Assembly: GCA_963769085.1 (NCBI GenBank)
Contig: CAVYKM010000036.1
Span: 1,780 to 65,779, forward strand
Direction: 5' to 3'
Length of the DNA stretch: 64,000 nucleotides
Source of the DNA: an uncultured Actinomycetota bacterium
GTDB lineage: Bacteria; Actinomycetota; Actinomycetes; Actinomycetales; Dermatophilaceae
In this document: piece after piece, positions 28,776-39,401 of the stretch
How positions within the stretch are numbered: the stretch's first letter is position 1
Layout: the number at the start of each line of letters is the position of its first letter
Program-made: the position numbers and the translations under genes
The notes under the pieces: generated by a model
What the model was told of the DNA's origin: nothing
Databases searched by the model: none
Seen by the model: the letters and a program-made list of their open reading frames with translations, nothing else

Positions 28776-29966
28776 TCATGGGGACTTCGACGTCTTGGTG
28801 CCCTGGCTGCCCGCACCGCTCGTCTGGGTGGTCGTGGCTGTGGAGGTCGTCGTGGCCGTTGTCGCGGAAGTGGTCGCCGTCGACGTGGTCGAGCCTGCGC
28901 TGGGAGGCGTCGTGGTGGAGGACGACTCGGTCGGCGAGGGTTCGGGCGTCGGGGGTGGCGTGGTCGATGCCGGTGGCGTCGTGGTTGGTGGCGTGGTCGG
29001 TGGCGGGCTCGTCGGTGGCGGGCTCGACGGTGGGGTGCTCGGTGGCGTGCTCGGCGGTGGGGTGCTCGAAGTGGCAGGTGTCGGGGTCGGCGCAGGGGTC
29101 GAGGCCGGCGTCTCGGAGGCAGCGGCCGGCGCAGGGGTCTCGGGCTGGCGCACCGGCGTCGCAGGAATCGCCCCGGTCCCGTCGGCCGCCGGCGTGACCC
29201 CGTCGCGGTAGGCCATGCCCCAGCTCAGAACGGACTGCAGGTACGAGTCGGAGTGGTTGTAGGCCAGGATCGCCCGAGCCAGGTTGGCCGGAACGCTCAG
29301 GTCACCTCCGTTGCGACACAGGTAGACACCCGCCGTCGTCGCCGCGTCGAACACGTTGTGCGGGTTGGCAACCCCGTCCCCGTTTCCGTCGCGGGCGTAG
29401 GCCTTCCAGGTGCCCGGAAGGAACTGCATCGGGCCGACGGCACGGTCGTATGCCGGGTCGCCGTCCAGCGCGCCGCCGTCGGAGTCCCTGATCACCGCGG
29501 AACCGGCCAGGCTGCCGTCCAGGCGGGGTCCGAGGATGAGCCCGCGAGTCGTGCCGGTCTCATCGACGCGACCGCCCCCGGCGTGGCCGGACTCGATACG
29601 GCCGATGCCGGCCAGGACCCACCACGGCAGGTGGCAGGCCGGCATACTCGCCGCGAGGTTGGCCTCGGCTTGGCGGTACGCCGCGAGCACCGTGACGGGT
29701 ATGCCGGACTGGCCGGCCGACACGAAGGAGACCGGGGCCGCCTTGGCCGCCTTGGCCGCCGACTCAGCAGCCGCGACCTCGGCCGCGAGGGCGTCGACGC
29801 GGCGCAGCTCGATCACCGTGTCGATCTGCAGGACCCGGTCGATCTGCAGGACCGGCTCCTGCGAGCCGGTGTCCTCGGCGCGCGATGGCGAGCCGGCGCC
29901 CACCGCCAGCAGCAGGGCGGCTGGCAGTGCGACGACGGCGCGTCGCCGCCAGCTCGATCCGCCCAT
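28776..29966 (-). CDS. secreted lytic murein transglycosylase with long Pro/Thr/Ser-rich C-terminal tail
   Basis: Signal peptide. IGRIESGHAGG...GPMQFLPGTWKAYARDGNGDGVANPHNVFDAATTAGVYLC. C-terminal ~130 aa are P/T/S low complexity. Confidence 0.8.
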   Translation of the reverse strand: MGGSSWRRRAVVALPAALLLAVGAGSPSRAEDTGSQEPVLQIDRVLQIDTVIELRRVDALAAEVAAAESAAKAAKAAPVSFVSAGQSGIPVTVLAAYRQAEANLAASMPACHLPWWVLAGIGRIESGHAGGGRVDETGTTRGLILGPRLDGSLAGSAVIRDSDGGALDGDPAYDRAVGPMQFLPGTWKAYARDGNGDGVANPHNVFDAATTAGVYLCRNGGDLSVPANLARAILAYNHSDSYLQSVLSWGMAYRDGVTPAADGTGAIPATPVRQPETPAPAAASETPASTPAPTPTPATSSTPPPSTPPSTPPSSPPPTSPPPTTPPTTTPPASTTPPPTPEPSPTESSSTTTPPSAGSTTSTATTSATTATTTSTATTTQTSGAGSQGTKTSKSP

Positions 29967-30212
29967 CGTCCGCCCCCTGGACCCCGGCTGTGCGGCCGTT
30001 CGCTGACCGCGTCCTGTTGCCAACGCTGACTACCGTAACGCTGAGGGGCCGCCCCGTAAGCGGACTTTCGGGCAGTCTCGGTCACCTTTCGATGACACAA
30101 GGCATCACCAGCCCCACATGCACCGACTTTCCCACTACTTACAGCGGAACGTCCCATTCGTCGGGTCTTGGCGTCGCTTCCGACCGGTGGGCGTCCAGCC
30201 TAGGGTGAGCCC

Positions 30213-30882
30213 ATGACCGAGCACGCGCATCGCCGGCCTGGACGCTCCCCCAGGGTCGAGGTTGTCGGAACCGGCACGGCCTCGGCGACCCCCGACATCA
30301 TCCGGCTCGCCCTCGGCGTGCGCTGTGAGGCCGAAGGCGTAGGGCCGGCACTCGCTCAGGCGGCGGGGGCCGTCCGGGGCGTGTCCGCGGCGGCTCGGGC
30401 GCACGGGTTGGCCGATGCTGACATCGCCTCGACCGGGGCGTCGGTCCAGCCGCGCTGGGACCGCGACGGCAACCGGGTCACCGGCTACACGGCGCATCAC
30501 CAGCTCACCTTGCGGGTTCGCCAGCTCGACCGCCTCAACGACCTGGTCGATGCGGTGGCGGCGTCGGCCGGCAACGCCTTGGTCATCGACTCGATCTCCC
30601 TCGACCTCGCCGATCGCGCGCCGCTTCAGGCGGCCGCGCGAGCCGCGGCCTTCGCCGACGCGCAGGCCAAGGCCGCCCAGTACGCGCAGTTCGCGCGGCG
30701 CTTCGCTGGGGCGGGTGCTCAGCGTCGTCGAGGTCGCCGGGGCGGTTCCGCGCCCCGGCCCGATGCCGATGGCGATGGCGCGCTCCGCGGCCGACTCGGC
30801 CGGTATGCCGGTCGAGGCCGGCGAGCAGACCGTCACCGTGACCGTCCAGGTGGCCTGGGCGCTCGACGAGCCGCCCACCTGA
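30213..30882 (+). pseudogene. SIMPL (DUF541) domain protein; one frame break near ~30700
   Basis: VEVVGTGTASATPDIIRLALGV...GYTAHHQLTLRV, then in another frame SLGRVLSVVEV...MPVEAGEQTVTVTVQVAWAL. Confidence 0.65.
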
Positions 30883-30954
30883 CCGTCCCGACGCTGACTC
30901 GTCGCGCCGCCGAGCAACCGCCGGCTGGAATGCCGTGCCCATTCACTGCGTTCA

Positions 30955-31347
30955 GTGGGCATGGCAACCACCGAGCTGACCGTCCAGACCTTCGAGCGCA
31001 CCGTCCTCGACAACGACATCGTCTTTGTCGACTTCTGGGCGGCCTGGTGCGGCCCGTGCCGGCAGTTCGCGCCAGTGTTCGAGGCGGCGTCCCAGAAGCA
31101 CCCCGACATCGTCTTCGGCAAGGTCGACACCGAGGCCGAGCAGGCGCTCTCGGGCGCCCTGCAGATCACGTCGATCCCGACGATCATGGCCTTCCGCGAC
31201 GGCATTCTCATCTTCGCCCAGCCTGGTGCCCTGCCGGCGCCTGCGTTGGAGGACATCATCGGCAAGGTCCGCGCCCTTGACATGGACCAGGTGCGCGCCC
31301 ACCTGGCCGCACAGCGGGAAGAGCCGGCCACCGCTACGGCCGACTGA
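30955..31347 (+). CDS. trxA: thioredoxin
   Basis: VDFWAAWCGPCRQFAP active site. ATG at 30961 is an alternative start. Confidence 0.9.
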   Translation: MGMATTELTVQTFERTVLDNDIVFVDFWAAWCGPCRQFAPVFEAASQKHPDIVFGKVDTEAEQALSGALQITSIPTIMAFRDGILIFAQPGALPAPALEDIIGKVRALDMDQVRAHLAAQREEPATATAD

Positions 31348-31372
31348 GCCGGGCGGCATACCGGCAACCGAG

Positions 31373-31397
31373 AAGCGCCCCGGCGAGGGGCGCTTTT
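31373..31397 (+). terminator. intrinsic terminator-like hairpin (9-bp GC-rich stem, 5-nt loop, short T run)
   Basis: AAGCGCCCC-GGCGA-GGGGCGCTT-TT. Sits between the convergent trx gene and the tmRNA 3' end. Confidence 0.55.
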
Positions 31398-31422
31398 CGT
31401 GCGATGTGATGTGACCCGCGTG

Positions 31423-31791
31423 GGTGGAGGTGGCGGGAATCGAACCCGCGTCCGATGACGTGGCGGCAGGACTTCTCCGGGCGCAGTGCGCTAAGGCGTT
31501 TCTCGGCCCCAGGGCTCGCACGCACGCGTTTCCTGACAGGCCCAGTCGGGTGCGATTCCCGCGGCGCCCCCCGACGTGACGACACGGTGAGTTCCCTAGC
31601 TGACGCCAGGCACTGAGTCGGGAACTAGCTCAGGCTGACGGACGTCGGAGCTCGCTCAGGCGGCGAGGGCGACGTCTTGCTGCTTAACGTTTTCGGCAGC
31701 TATTCGTTTGCACGGGTCGTTAACGAGATAACCGTGCATCCTCGGCCCGCTTCTCCTGCGACGACGACCACCGTCGAAACCGATCACCCCC
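31423..31791 (-). ncRNA. ssrA: tmRNA (SsrA)
   Basis: 5' GGGGGTGATCGGTTTCGACGG and 3' GCGGGTTCGATTCCCGCCACCTCCACC with G3:U acceptor pair. Internal tag reading frame ...GCC GAA AAC GTT AAG CAG CAA GAC GTC GCC CTC GCC GCC TGA (AENVKQQDVALAA*). Confidence 0.9.
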
Positions 31792-31898
31792 GCGAGGGGC
31801 AGGCCACATCACGCTGTTCAGTTGTGTCGATGCAGAGCATCAGTATGCCGTGTCAACGCTGACGCGGGCCATGCGATTCCCGCAGTGGGTCGCGCCCG

Positions 31899-33500
31899 TC
31901 ACGCGGCCCGGGCCGAGTCGCGGTCCGGGTCCTGGTCGACCGGCGCGGGTCGGGCTCGGCTGACCAGGCGCCTGCCTCGGTTGAGGTCACGGTCGTGCCC
32001 GGTGGCCAGCCAGATGAGCGCGGCGACAGCGGTGGCCCCGACCGAGAGGGCGTAGTTGCGTGAGGCGGCATCGACGGTGCTGTAGATGACCATGGCGGCC
32101 GTCACCCAGATGACCCATCGCCGGGCCTTTGGCGCCGACTCGGTCATCGCGAAGATCAGCCCACCCCACAGCAGGTACCACGGGTGCACCACCGGGCTGC
32201 TGATGACGAACACGAGCAGCACCCACCCGAGGGTGCGTACCGGTTGGCTGGCCTTGTACCTCCACAGCAGCCAGACGATGACCAGGGCCCCCAGCAGCTG
32301 GCTCATCCGCTGCAGGAACGGCACCGCCGCCCCGGCGGTGTCGTAGAACCCCATCATGTTGAGCAGCCACTCGAAGCCGGTGCCCACCATGGTGAAGGGC
32401 GAGAGCATCGAGCGGACGGTGTTGGGGACCCCCATCGCCTTGACCCACCCGAACCCCAGCCCGCTCACCAGGCTGATCGCAGCGAAGGCGACGGCGAACA
32501 CGGCCGTGGCCGGCAGGAGCGCGCGCAGCACCTCGGCGTTGGTCGGCTTCTCCCCCTTGGTCCGCCAGACCGTCAGCGCGGCGACCGCGATGATCGCGGC
32601 GGCTGCCGGTTGTTTCACGCTCGCCGCGGCGGCCACGGCCACGGCCGCCCACATGAGGTGGCGTTCCACGGCGACCCACAGGGCCAGGACCATGAGCCCG
32701 ATCATCAGGCTGTCGTTGTGGGCACCGCCCACCAGGTGCAGCACGACGAGGGGGTTGAGCACGGCGAGCCAGATCGTCGTCTCGCGGTCGTAGCCCAGCT
32801 TGCGTGCCAGCCGCGGCAGGTAGACCGCGATGAGCCCGACGCCGATCGTCGCCGGGATGCGCATGAGCACTGCGGACAGGTAGGCGTTGTGCCCGCTCAC
32901 ATCGACGAGCAGGTGCTGCAGCTGCAGGGACAACGGCCCGTACGGCGCGGGCGTGTACTGCCACAGGGGGTCGACCTGCAGCCGGTAGTCGCCGTCGAGC
33001 AGGCCCGGGCCGTCGGTGTACGGGTTGAGGCCCTGGGAAACCATCGCGCCCTGGGCGGCATAGCTGTAGCTGTCGAAGGACAGCAAGGGAGGGGCCAGCA
33101 GCAACGGGAGGACCCACAGCCACAGCGTTCCCCTCGTCGTCGGCCGGTGGGCCGCCGAGGGCCGCAGCCGCAGCCACGAGTCCAACAGCAGGAAGGCCCC
33201 CACGATGGTGAGCGTGGCGGCGAGGGCCATCCCGGGCCAGTACTGCATCGACCCGATGACCGGCACGCTGCGGAACGGGTTCTGGTTGGGCAGCGACGCC
33301 GGGCTGAAGCTCCCCACGAGGATGAGGGTGGTGGCGAGCATGCCGCGCCGCGTCGCGGGGACACCCCACGACTCTCGGATGTCCTGGACCTCGCGCCGCA
33401 GCTTGCGAAGGACCGACGTGGTGGTCTGATGCGCGACGTCTCGGGTGTCGAGGGCGGTCATGCGTCCCCGTCTGTCATGCCGTGCTGGCTCGGTCATCAA
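31899..33500 (-). CDS. mptB: polyprenol-phosphate-mannose-dependent alpha-(1-6)-mannosyltransferase MptB-like
   Basis: 533-aa polytopic membrane protein. SFDSYSYAAQGAMVSQGLNPY...NPLVVLHLVGGAHND. Confidence 0.75.
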   Translation of the reverse strand: MMTEPARHDRRGRMTALDTRDVAHQTTTSVLRKLRREVQDIRESWGVPATRRGMLATTLILVGSFSPASLPNQNPFRSVPVIGSMQYWPGMALAATLTIVGAFLLLDSWLRLRPSAAHRPTTRGTLWLWVLPLLLAPPLLSFDSYSYAAQGAMVSQGLNPYTDGPGLLDGDYRLQVDPLWQYTPAPYGPLSLQLQHLLVDVSGHNAYLSAVLMRIPATIGVGLIAVYLPRLARKLGYDRETTIWLAVLNPLVVLHLVGGAHNDSLMIGLMVLALWVAVERHLMWAAVAVAAAASVKQPAAAAIIAVAALTVWRTKGEKPTNAEVLRALLPATAVFAVAFAAISLVSGLGFGWVKAMGVPNTVRSMLSPFTMVGTGFEWLLNMMGFYDTAGAAVPFLQRMSQLLGALVIVWLLWRYKASQPVRTLGWVLLVFVISSPVVHPWYLLWGGLIFAMTESAPKARRWVIWVTAAMVIYSTVDAASRNYALSVGATAVAALIWLATGHDRDLNRGRRLVSRARPAPVDQDPDRDSARAA

Positions 33501-33560
33501 CTAGGGGCCCAGCCTACCGCCCGCCGGCCCCGGTCGCCGTCAGGCCGGTATGCCGTCGGC

Positions 33561-35523
33561 CTACCAGGACCCCGAGCTCGAGCCGCCGATGCCGCCGCCG
33601 GAGAAGCTGCCGCCCGAGCTGCCGAAGCCCGACCCGCCGGAGCTGCCGGGTGTGGACTGGAAGGTCCCGGCCGCCGTCGAGGAGAAGCTGTCCACGCCCG
33701 AGACGATGCCGCCGAAGTCGGGGAACGCCGCACCGTGCCAGATGTACCACGTCGGCATGAGGACCGGCTGTCCCGCGGCGGCGGCCGCAGCCGCGACCTG
33801 CTCGAACGTCTTGGCCCACCGCTCGGCCACGCCGAAGACGATGGCGTAGGGCAGGTACCGGCTGAAGATCTCCTGGGCTTCCTCCCAGCGGATCTGGTTC
33901 GCCTCGGCCGTCGCCAGGTACTGGCGGAAACCCAGCGACTGGGCCAGGACCGCGGACCCTTCCGCGGTCTTGGCGGGCACCCGCCGGCCCAGGATGACCA
34001 CGATGATGCCGCCGATGAGGACGCCGGCCCCCAGCAGCAGCCCGGACGGGACCGGCAGCGACAGCCCAGCCGTGCGGTCGACGCCCCGCATCGCGGCCCC
34101 GAGGACGAACAGCAGCACCACGCCGGCCCCGATGAGCAGGAAGCCCAGGGCCAGCCACAGCGCGCGCTGGCGCTGGGGGGACTTGCGGAACCAGCCGCGG
34201 CTGAGCACCTCGTCGTACATCTGGTCCTTGACGCTGGACAGCGTCTTGCTGAAGTGGTTCTTCAGGTCCGAGAGCAGCACCGGGTTGGCCGTGGCGAACA
34301 GGCCCTCCAGCAGGGTGGACTCGTAGGGCCGCAGCACCTCGCCCTCCGGCGGCACCAGCCGGGTCAGCCGCCAGTCGGTGCGTTTGGTGAAGCCGCCTCC
34401 GTCGACCTCCTCGATGCGTGAGAAACCCGCGCACCGCCAGGTCGATGACGCTCGCCGAGACGTCGAGGGTGTCGGCGGACTCGTCGATGATCGTGCCGAC
34501 CAGGCCAGGCTGAACGCCAGGTGGGGGGTTGAACTGCACCGCGATGGTGGGCGGGCCACCTCGCTCGGTAGGCGCCGCGTTGGCGTCGGCCTCGCGTCCC
34601 GGGGTCAACCCAGGCGTCAGGCCGGCATACCACTCGTCGCGCCCCCGCGTGGCCACGAGCGCTCCCATGCCGACGCCAGCGAGCAGCGGCACGAGCAGGG
34701 CCCCGGCGAGGGCGGCGTAGGAGGCGGCCCGAGCTTGGGTCTCGCCCAGGGGCGAGCCGCCGGTGCGGATGTCAGGGGCGATCCTGTCGAACGCCGCCAG
34801 CGGGTATCTCGCCGCGATGGTGAGGTTCTCCAGGCTGGCCAGGGAGGACACCGTGAACTGCGACGTCTCGCCGGCCTCGGCCAGGTCGCAGTCGGTGCCC
34901 GCCGTGCCGCGGGCGCAGCGCACCTCGGTGGCCGCGGCTGGGGCCTTGACCTGCAGGTCGACCTCGTCCTTGGCGATCGGCTCGCTCGTGAAGATGTTGT
35001 AGTAGAACTCCGCGGTCTGGGTGTCGGTGAACGGGTTCATGACGTTGGCCAGGTGGTAGCTCACGACGTAGGTCTGGGTGCCGCTGACGTCGACCTTGGC
35101 CGACCCGATCTTGATCGTCGTGGTCGAGCCGTTGTCAGTCAGCTGGTACTCCGAGTTGGCTCCGGTCGGGCTGGAGACCGACACGCCGCTCATGGCGTAG
35201 TAGCGGTAGGAGTCGGGCTGGTCGTCGAGGCCTTGCCGCACGGTGATGTTGCGGTAGATGCCGTGCCGGACCCCCTGCGCGGGGTCGAACCGGTAGCTGA
35301 TCGTCTCGGTGACGCTCACCCCGCCGTCCTTGTCGAGGGTGTAGCTGCCTTGGAAGGACGGCATGACGTCGGCGGCGGGTATGCCGGCCCCCCAGGCACC
35401 CAGCGTTGCCCCGACAGGCGCACCCAGAGCGCCGGCGGCACCCACCACGGGCAGTGCCAGCAGCACCACCGTGGCCAGCAGCAGGGTGAGCAGGGCTGTC
35501 TTCCTGCGGTGTCCTTGGCTCAT
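33561..35523 (-). pseudogene. DUF2207-domain membrane protein; one frame break near ~34420
   Basis: N-terminal extracellular DUF2207 region in ORF 33514..35523. TM and C-terminal Gly/Ser-rich part in ORF 33561..34559. Confidence 0.7.
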
Positions 35524-36050
35524 CGCTCTCCCCTCGTGTGCATGGCCCGTTCGGCCTCTCGCCGGTCCTGACGCTCGCGCAGGGCTTGCCGTTTGTCGTA
35601 GGACCGCTTACCGGTGGCCAGGGCGATCTCGACCTTGGCCCGGCCGTCCTTGAAGTACAGGGCGAGCGGCACGATGGTCCGTCCGCTCTCGCGGGTCTTG
35701 GACGCGAGCTTGCGCAGCTGCTCGCGGTGCAGCAGCAGCTTGCGCCGGCGCCGGGGAGCGTGGTTGGTCCACGTGCCTTGGGTGTACTCCGGGATGTGCA
35801 CGCCCTCCAGCCACAGCTCGTCGCCGCTGAACTGGGCGTACCCGTCGACCAGGGAGCAGCGCCCGGCTCGAAGCGCCTTGACCTCGGTGCCCTGCAACGC
35901 GATGCCCGCCTCGAAGGTGTCCTCGATGTGGTAGTCGTGGCGGGCCTTGCGGTTGCTCGCGACGACCTTGCGGCCCTGCTGCTTGACCACTGCTCGCGCG
36001 TCCTTCCGATCCCGGCCGGCCCACAGCGTTGGCTCTTCGGTGTCCGGCAT
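35520..36050 (-). CDS. smpB: SsrA-binding protein
   Basis: [29 protein letters not shown]...[30 protein letters not shown]. Confidence 0.9.
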   Translation of the reverse strand: MPDTEEPTLWAGRDRKDARAVVKQQGRKVVASNRKARHDYHIEDTFEAGIALQGTEVKALRAGRCSLVDGYAQFSGDELWLEGVHIPEYTQGTWTNHAPRRRRKLLLHREQLRKLASKTRESGRTIVPLALYFKDGRAKVEIALATGKRSYDKRQALRERQDRREAERAMHTRGER

Positions 36051-36126
36051 CGGCCACGCTACCTGCTCGGCCGGACTGCGGCCGCGTGAGATGGGCCGCT
36101 CGGGCCCGGGTCAGATCCAGGTGCGG

Positions 36127-37450
36127 TCAGATCCAGGTGCGGGGGTTGACGAACTGGCCATCCTCGAGTGTCTCGAAGTGCAGGTGGCAGCCGGTCGAGT
36201 AGCCGGTCGTCCCCGAGTAGGCGATGAGCTGGCCGCGGCTGACCGAGCCGCCGCGCACGACGAACGAGGACAGATGGTTGTAGGTCGTCACCAGGTCCAC
36301 GCCGCGCTGGATGCCATGGTCGATCATGATCCGGTTGCCGTCGCCGCCGCCCCAGCCGGCACTGATGACCGAGCCCGGGGCCGTGGCGTAGACGGGGGTC
36401 CCGCACGGGATACCGAAGTCCGTGCCCGAGTGCAGCTTCCAGATGTGCAGGATCGGGTGGAAGCGCTGCCCGAACTCTGAGGTGATCGGGCCGTCGGCCG
36501 GGTAGTCCAGGTAGTTGGACCCCTTGGCGTTCGTGCCGGAGTTCGGGGCCACGTAGGTCTTGCCCGCCGCCGCTGCAGCCGCCTCGGCCGCGGCCTGCGC
36601 CTCCCTGGCCTTGCGGGCCTGTTCGGCCAACACCGCCTGCAGCCGAGCCTGTTCGGCCTCCGCAGCGGCCAGCTGGGCATTGCTCGGCAGCTTTGCGCCA
36701 CTCGACGTCGTTGGTGTATGCCGTCCGCTGCGCGACCAGGGCGTCGAGGGAGTCCTTGGCGGACTGGGCGCTGGCCTTGGCCGCGTTGGCGGCGGCGAGG
36801 GCCTCGTCGGCTTGGCGCTTCAGCTCGGCGATCTCCGCGCGGACCGCCACGAGGTAGGCCTGCTGGGCCTGCCCGTCGGCACGGACGGCCTGCAGGTTGC
36901 GCAGCGTCTCGTTGGTCGTCGCGGTGACCGTGTCGGCGAGCACCAGCCGGGTCGCGAAGTCGTCCGGGCTGGTCGCCCCCAGGGCCACCGACAGCTCGGA
37001 CGAGGTGCCGCCCTGGAACATGTCCGCGGCGAAGGCGTCGAGGGTGCGCTGGGTGGCGTCCAAGGTCGCAGCGTTCTTCGCGGCCGCCTCGACGGCCCGG
37101 GCCTCGTTCGCCTTGGCGACGGCGAGCTTGGTGGACACCTCCGCCTGATGCGCCGCGGCTGCCTTGGCCTTGGCGTTGGCATCGGCTAGCGCCGCCTCCG
37201 CTGCCGGCACCTGGGCCTGGGTCTGCTGCAAGGACAGGTAGGCGTTGGCCAGCTCGGTGGACGTTCCCTCCAGGGAGCTGTGCAGCTCCGCGACGCGCTG
37301 GTCGGCCTGGCGCTTCTCGTCGTCGGTGTCAGCCCGGGCGAGCGGGGTCACCCCCAACGCCACGACGCAGCCCAGCGCCACCCCGAGCGACAGAACCCGG
37401 CGCGGCCCACAATGACCCCTGCGTCGCACGAACACCATCAGCCCCTTCAT
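36127..37450 (-). pseudogene. coiled-coil + M23-family metallopeptidase (FtsEX-associated type); one frame break near ~36695
   Basis: Signal peptide and long Ala/Gln-rich coiled coil in one frame. HSGTDFGIPCGTPVYA...TGYSTGCHLHFE in ORF 36127..36633. ATGA overlap with the ftsX stop. Confidence 0.8.
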
Positions 37451-38355
37451 ACGTGCAGGTACCGTCGCAGCGTGAACCCGGAGGTCAGCACCGCCAGCAG
37501 AACAACCCCCACGACAACCCACGGGGCGACGACCAGAACGTCAGGCAGCCCGATGAAGGCGGTGTCCAGCAGCGCAGTGCTCAGGTAGCCAGTGACGCCG
37601 TATCGCACCGTCGCCCACAGCATCCCCATGGCCAGACCCGCGCCGAGCAGCGCCGCCACGACGGTTTCCATGACGAAGGGCAGCTGGATGGTGACGTTGG
37701 AGGCGCCGACCAGGCGCATGATGCCCGTCTCGCGGCGTCGGGCGAAGGCCGTCTGACGGATCGTCGTCGCCATGAGCAAGACAGCACAGACGACCATCAG
37801 GCCCGACAGGATGATGGCGGCCCACGAGACGACGTTCATGAACGAGAAGAACTTGTCGAGCAGCTGCTTCTGGTCCTGCACCCGACCGACTCCGGGAGCC
37901 CCTTGGTAGGAGCTCACGATGACGTCGTACTTGCCCGCATCGGTGAGGGACACCCGGAAGGAGTCAGCGAACGCCCGCTCGGTGGCCTGCTCGCCCAGCG
38001 GCGAGTTCTTGAACTGCTCCTTGAACCGCTTGAAGGCGTCCGCCTGCGACTCGTAGTAGACGTCCTTGACCGGCGGCTTCATCTGCTCCAGCTGGGTTCT
38101 GACCTGCTCGCGCTGGGCCTGGGTGGTCGCCTTGCCGCCACACGCGGGGTACTGCGACCCCTCGACACAAAGGAAGATGGACACCTGCACCCGGTCGTAC
38201 CAGTAGTCCTTCATGGTGTCGACCTGCCGCTGGGCGAGCAGCCCCAGACCAAGCAGGTACATCGAGATCATTGTCACGAGGACGACGGAGACCGCCATGG
38301 AGACGTTGCGCCGCAGGCCGCCTGCCATCTCCCCCAGCACAAAGCTCATTCGCAT
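37447..38355 (-). CDS. ftsX: cell-division permease-like protein FtsX
   Basis: Four TM segments and a large extracellular loop. Operon position after ftsE. Confidence 0.9.
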   Translation of the reverse strand: MRMSFVLGEMAGGLRRNVSMAVSVVLVTMISMYLLGLGLLAQRQVDTMKDYWYDRVQVSIFLCVEGSQYPACGGKATTQAQREQVRTQLEQMKPPVKDVYYESQADAFKRFKEQFKNSPLGEQATERAFADSFRVSLTDAGKYDVIVSSYQGAPGVGRVQDQKQLLDKFFSFMNVVSWAAIILSGLMVVCAVLLMATTIRQTAFARRRETGIMRLVGASNVTIQLPFVMETVVAALLGAGLAMGMLWATVRYGVTGYLSTALLDTAFIGLPDVLVVAPWVVVGVVLLAVLTSGFTLRRYLHV

Positions 38356-38369
38356 CGCGGTGACCCCCT

Positions 38370-39182
38370 CTAGTCGCGCTCGGCGGACGGCATACCGGCT
38401 GCCACGGGAGCCGCGGCGTTGACCGCCTTCTCCTCCAGAGCCTCCTCCAGCTCGAGGCCCCGCTCCTGCTCGAGGCGGATCGCCGGCATCGCTGAGGTCG
38501 TCGTGCCGTACTCGCCTCGCGCCTGGTCGCGCACGAGGACGCCGCGGTCGAGCTCAATGACTCGCTTGCGGAACTCGTTGACCATCTCGTCGTCGTGCGT
38601 CGCCATGACGACGGTCGTGCCGGACCGGTTGATCCGCTCCAACAGCGCGACGATGTCGCGGCTCGTCGACGGGTCGAGGTTGCCGGTCGGCTCGTCGGCC
38701 AGCAGAATGGCGGGCTTGTTGACGATGGCCCGCGCGATGGCGACCCGCTGCTGCTCGCCGCCGGAGAGCTCGTGTGGCATCCGCTTGGCCTTGTCGTCGA
38801 GCCCCACGATGCGCAGCGTCTCCGGGACGGTCTGGCGGATCGCGCCTCGGGAGCGGCCGATCACCTGCAGGGCGAACGCCACGTTGTGGTAGACGTTCTT
38901 GTTCGGCAACAGTCTGAAGTCCTGAAAGACCGTGCCGATCTCGCGGCGCAGGATGGGCACCTTGCGCTCAGGCAGCCGCCACAGCTCCCGGCCGGCCACG
39001 AGCACCGACCCCGAGGTCGCGTTCTCCTCCTTGAGCACGAGGCGGATCAAGGTGGACTTGCCCGACCCCGACTGACCCACGACGAAGACGAACTCGCCCC
39101 GCCCGACCTCGAGGCTGACCTGGTCCAGCGCAGGTCGGGAGGTCTTTCGGTAGGTCTTGGTGACGTTGTCGAAGAGGATCAT
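38370..39182 (-). CDS. ftsE: cell-division ATP-binding protein FtsE
   Basis: [38 protein letters not shown] at 39182. Confidence 0.9.
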   Translation of the reverse strand: MILFDNVTKTYRKTSRPALDQVSLEVGRGEFVFVVGQSGSGKSTLIRLVLKEENATSGSVLVAGRELWRLPERKVPILRREIGTVFQDFRLLPNKNVYHNVAFALQVIGRSRGAIRQTVPETLRIVGLDDKAKRMPHELSGGEQQRVAIARAIVNKPAILLADEPTGNLDPSTSRDIVALLERINRSGTTVVMATHDDEMVNEFRKRVIELDRGVLVRDQARGEYGTTTSAMPAIRLEQERGLELEEALEEKAVNAAAPVAAGMPSAERD

Positions 39183-39337
39183 GCCGGCTTCTTCGCTCGG
39201 GGACTCGGGCGGCACCGGCATACCTCCACACCCGGCGCGTCTTCGAGGGTACGGGTGTTGCGCAGGAAGCGCACGTTACCGATGGGACTGGCGTGGCGTG
39301 CGGAGAGCCGGCCGCCCACGAGCCACCCTCGCCGAAA

Positions 39338-39392
39338 GGTCAGAAGATGCTGTCATTCGGCCTGAATACCAGCATCTGCTGACCACTCGACG
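39338..39392. repeat. ~55-bp hairpin repeat (arms GGTCAGAAGATGCTG / CAGCATCTGCTGACC, tail ACTCGACG)
   Basis: Same family as the copy at 15416-15470. Lies 9 nt past the prfB stop. Confidence 0.65.
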
Positions 39393-39401
39393 CGGTGTTG
39401 G

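Noticed and set aside
28800-29200. Repetitive DNA that could be mistaken for a CRISPR or other repeat array.
   Set aside because: It is the Pro/Thr/Ser-rich low-complexity tail of the transglycosylase. There are no regular repeat-spacer units, and I saw no CRISPR array anywhere in the window.
32184-34421. 745-aa plus-strand ORF.
   Set aside because: It runs antisense to mptB and the DUF2207 gene, and its highly Arg/Gly/Asp/His-rich translation is an off-frame artefact.
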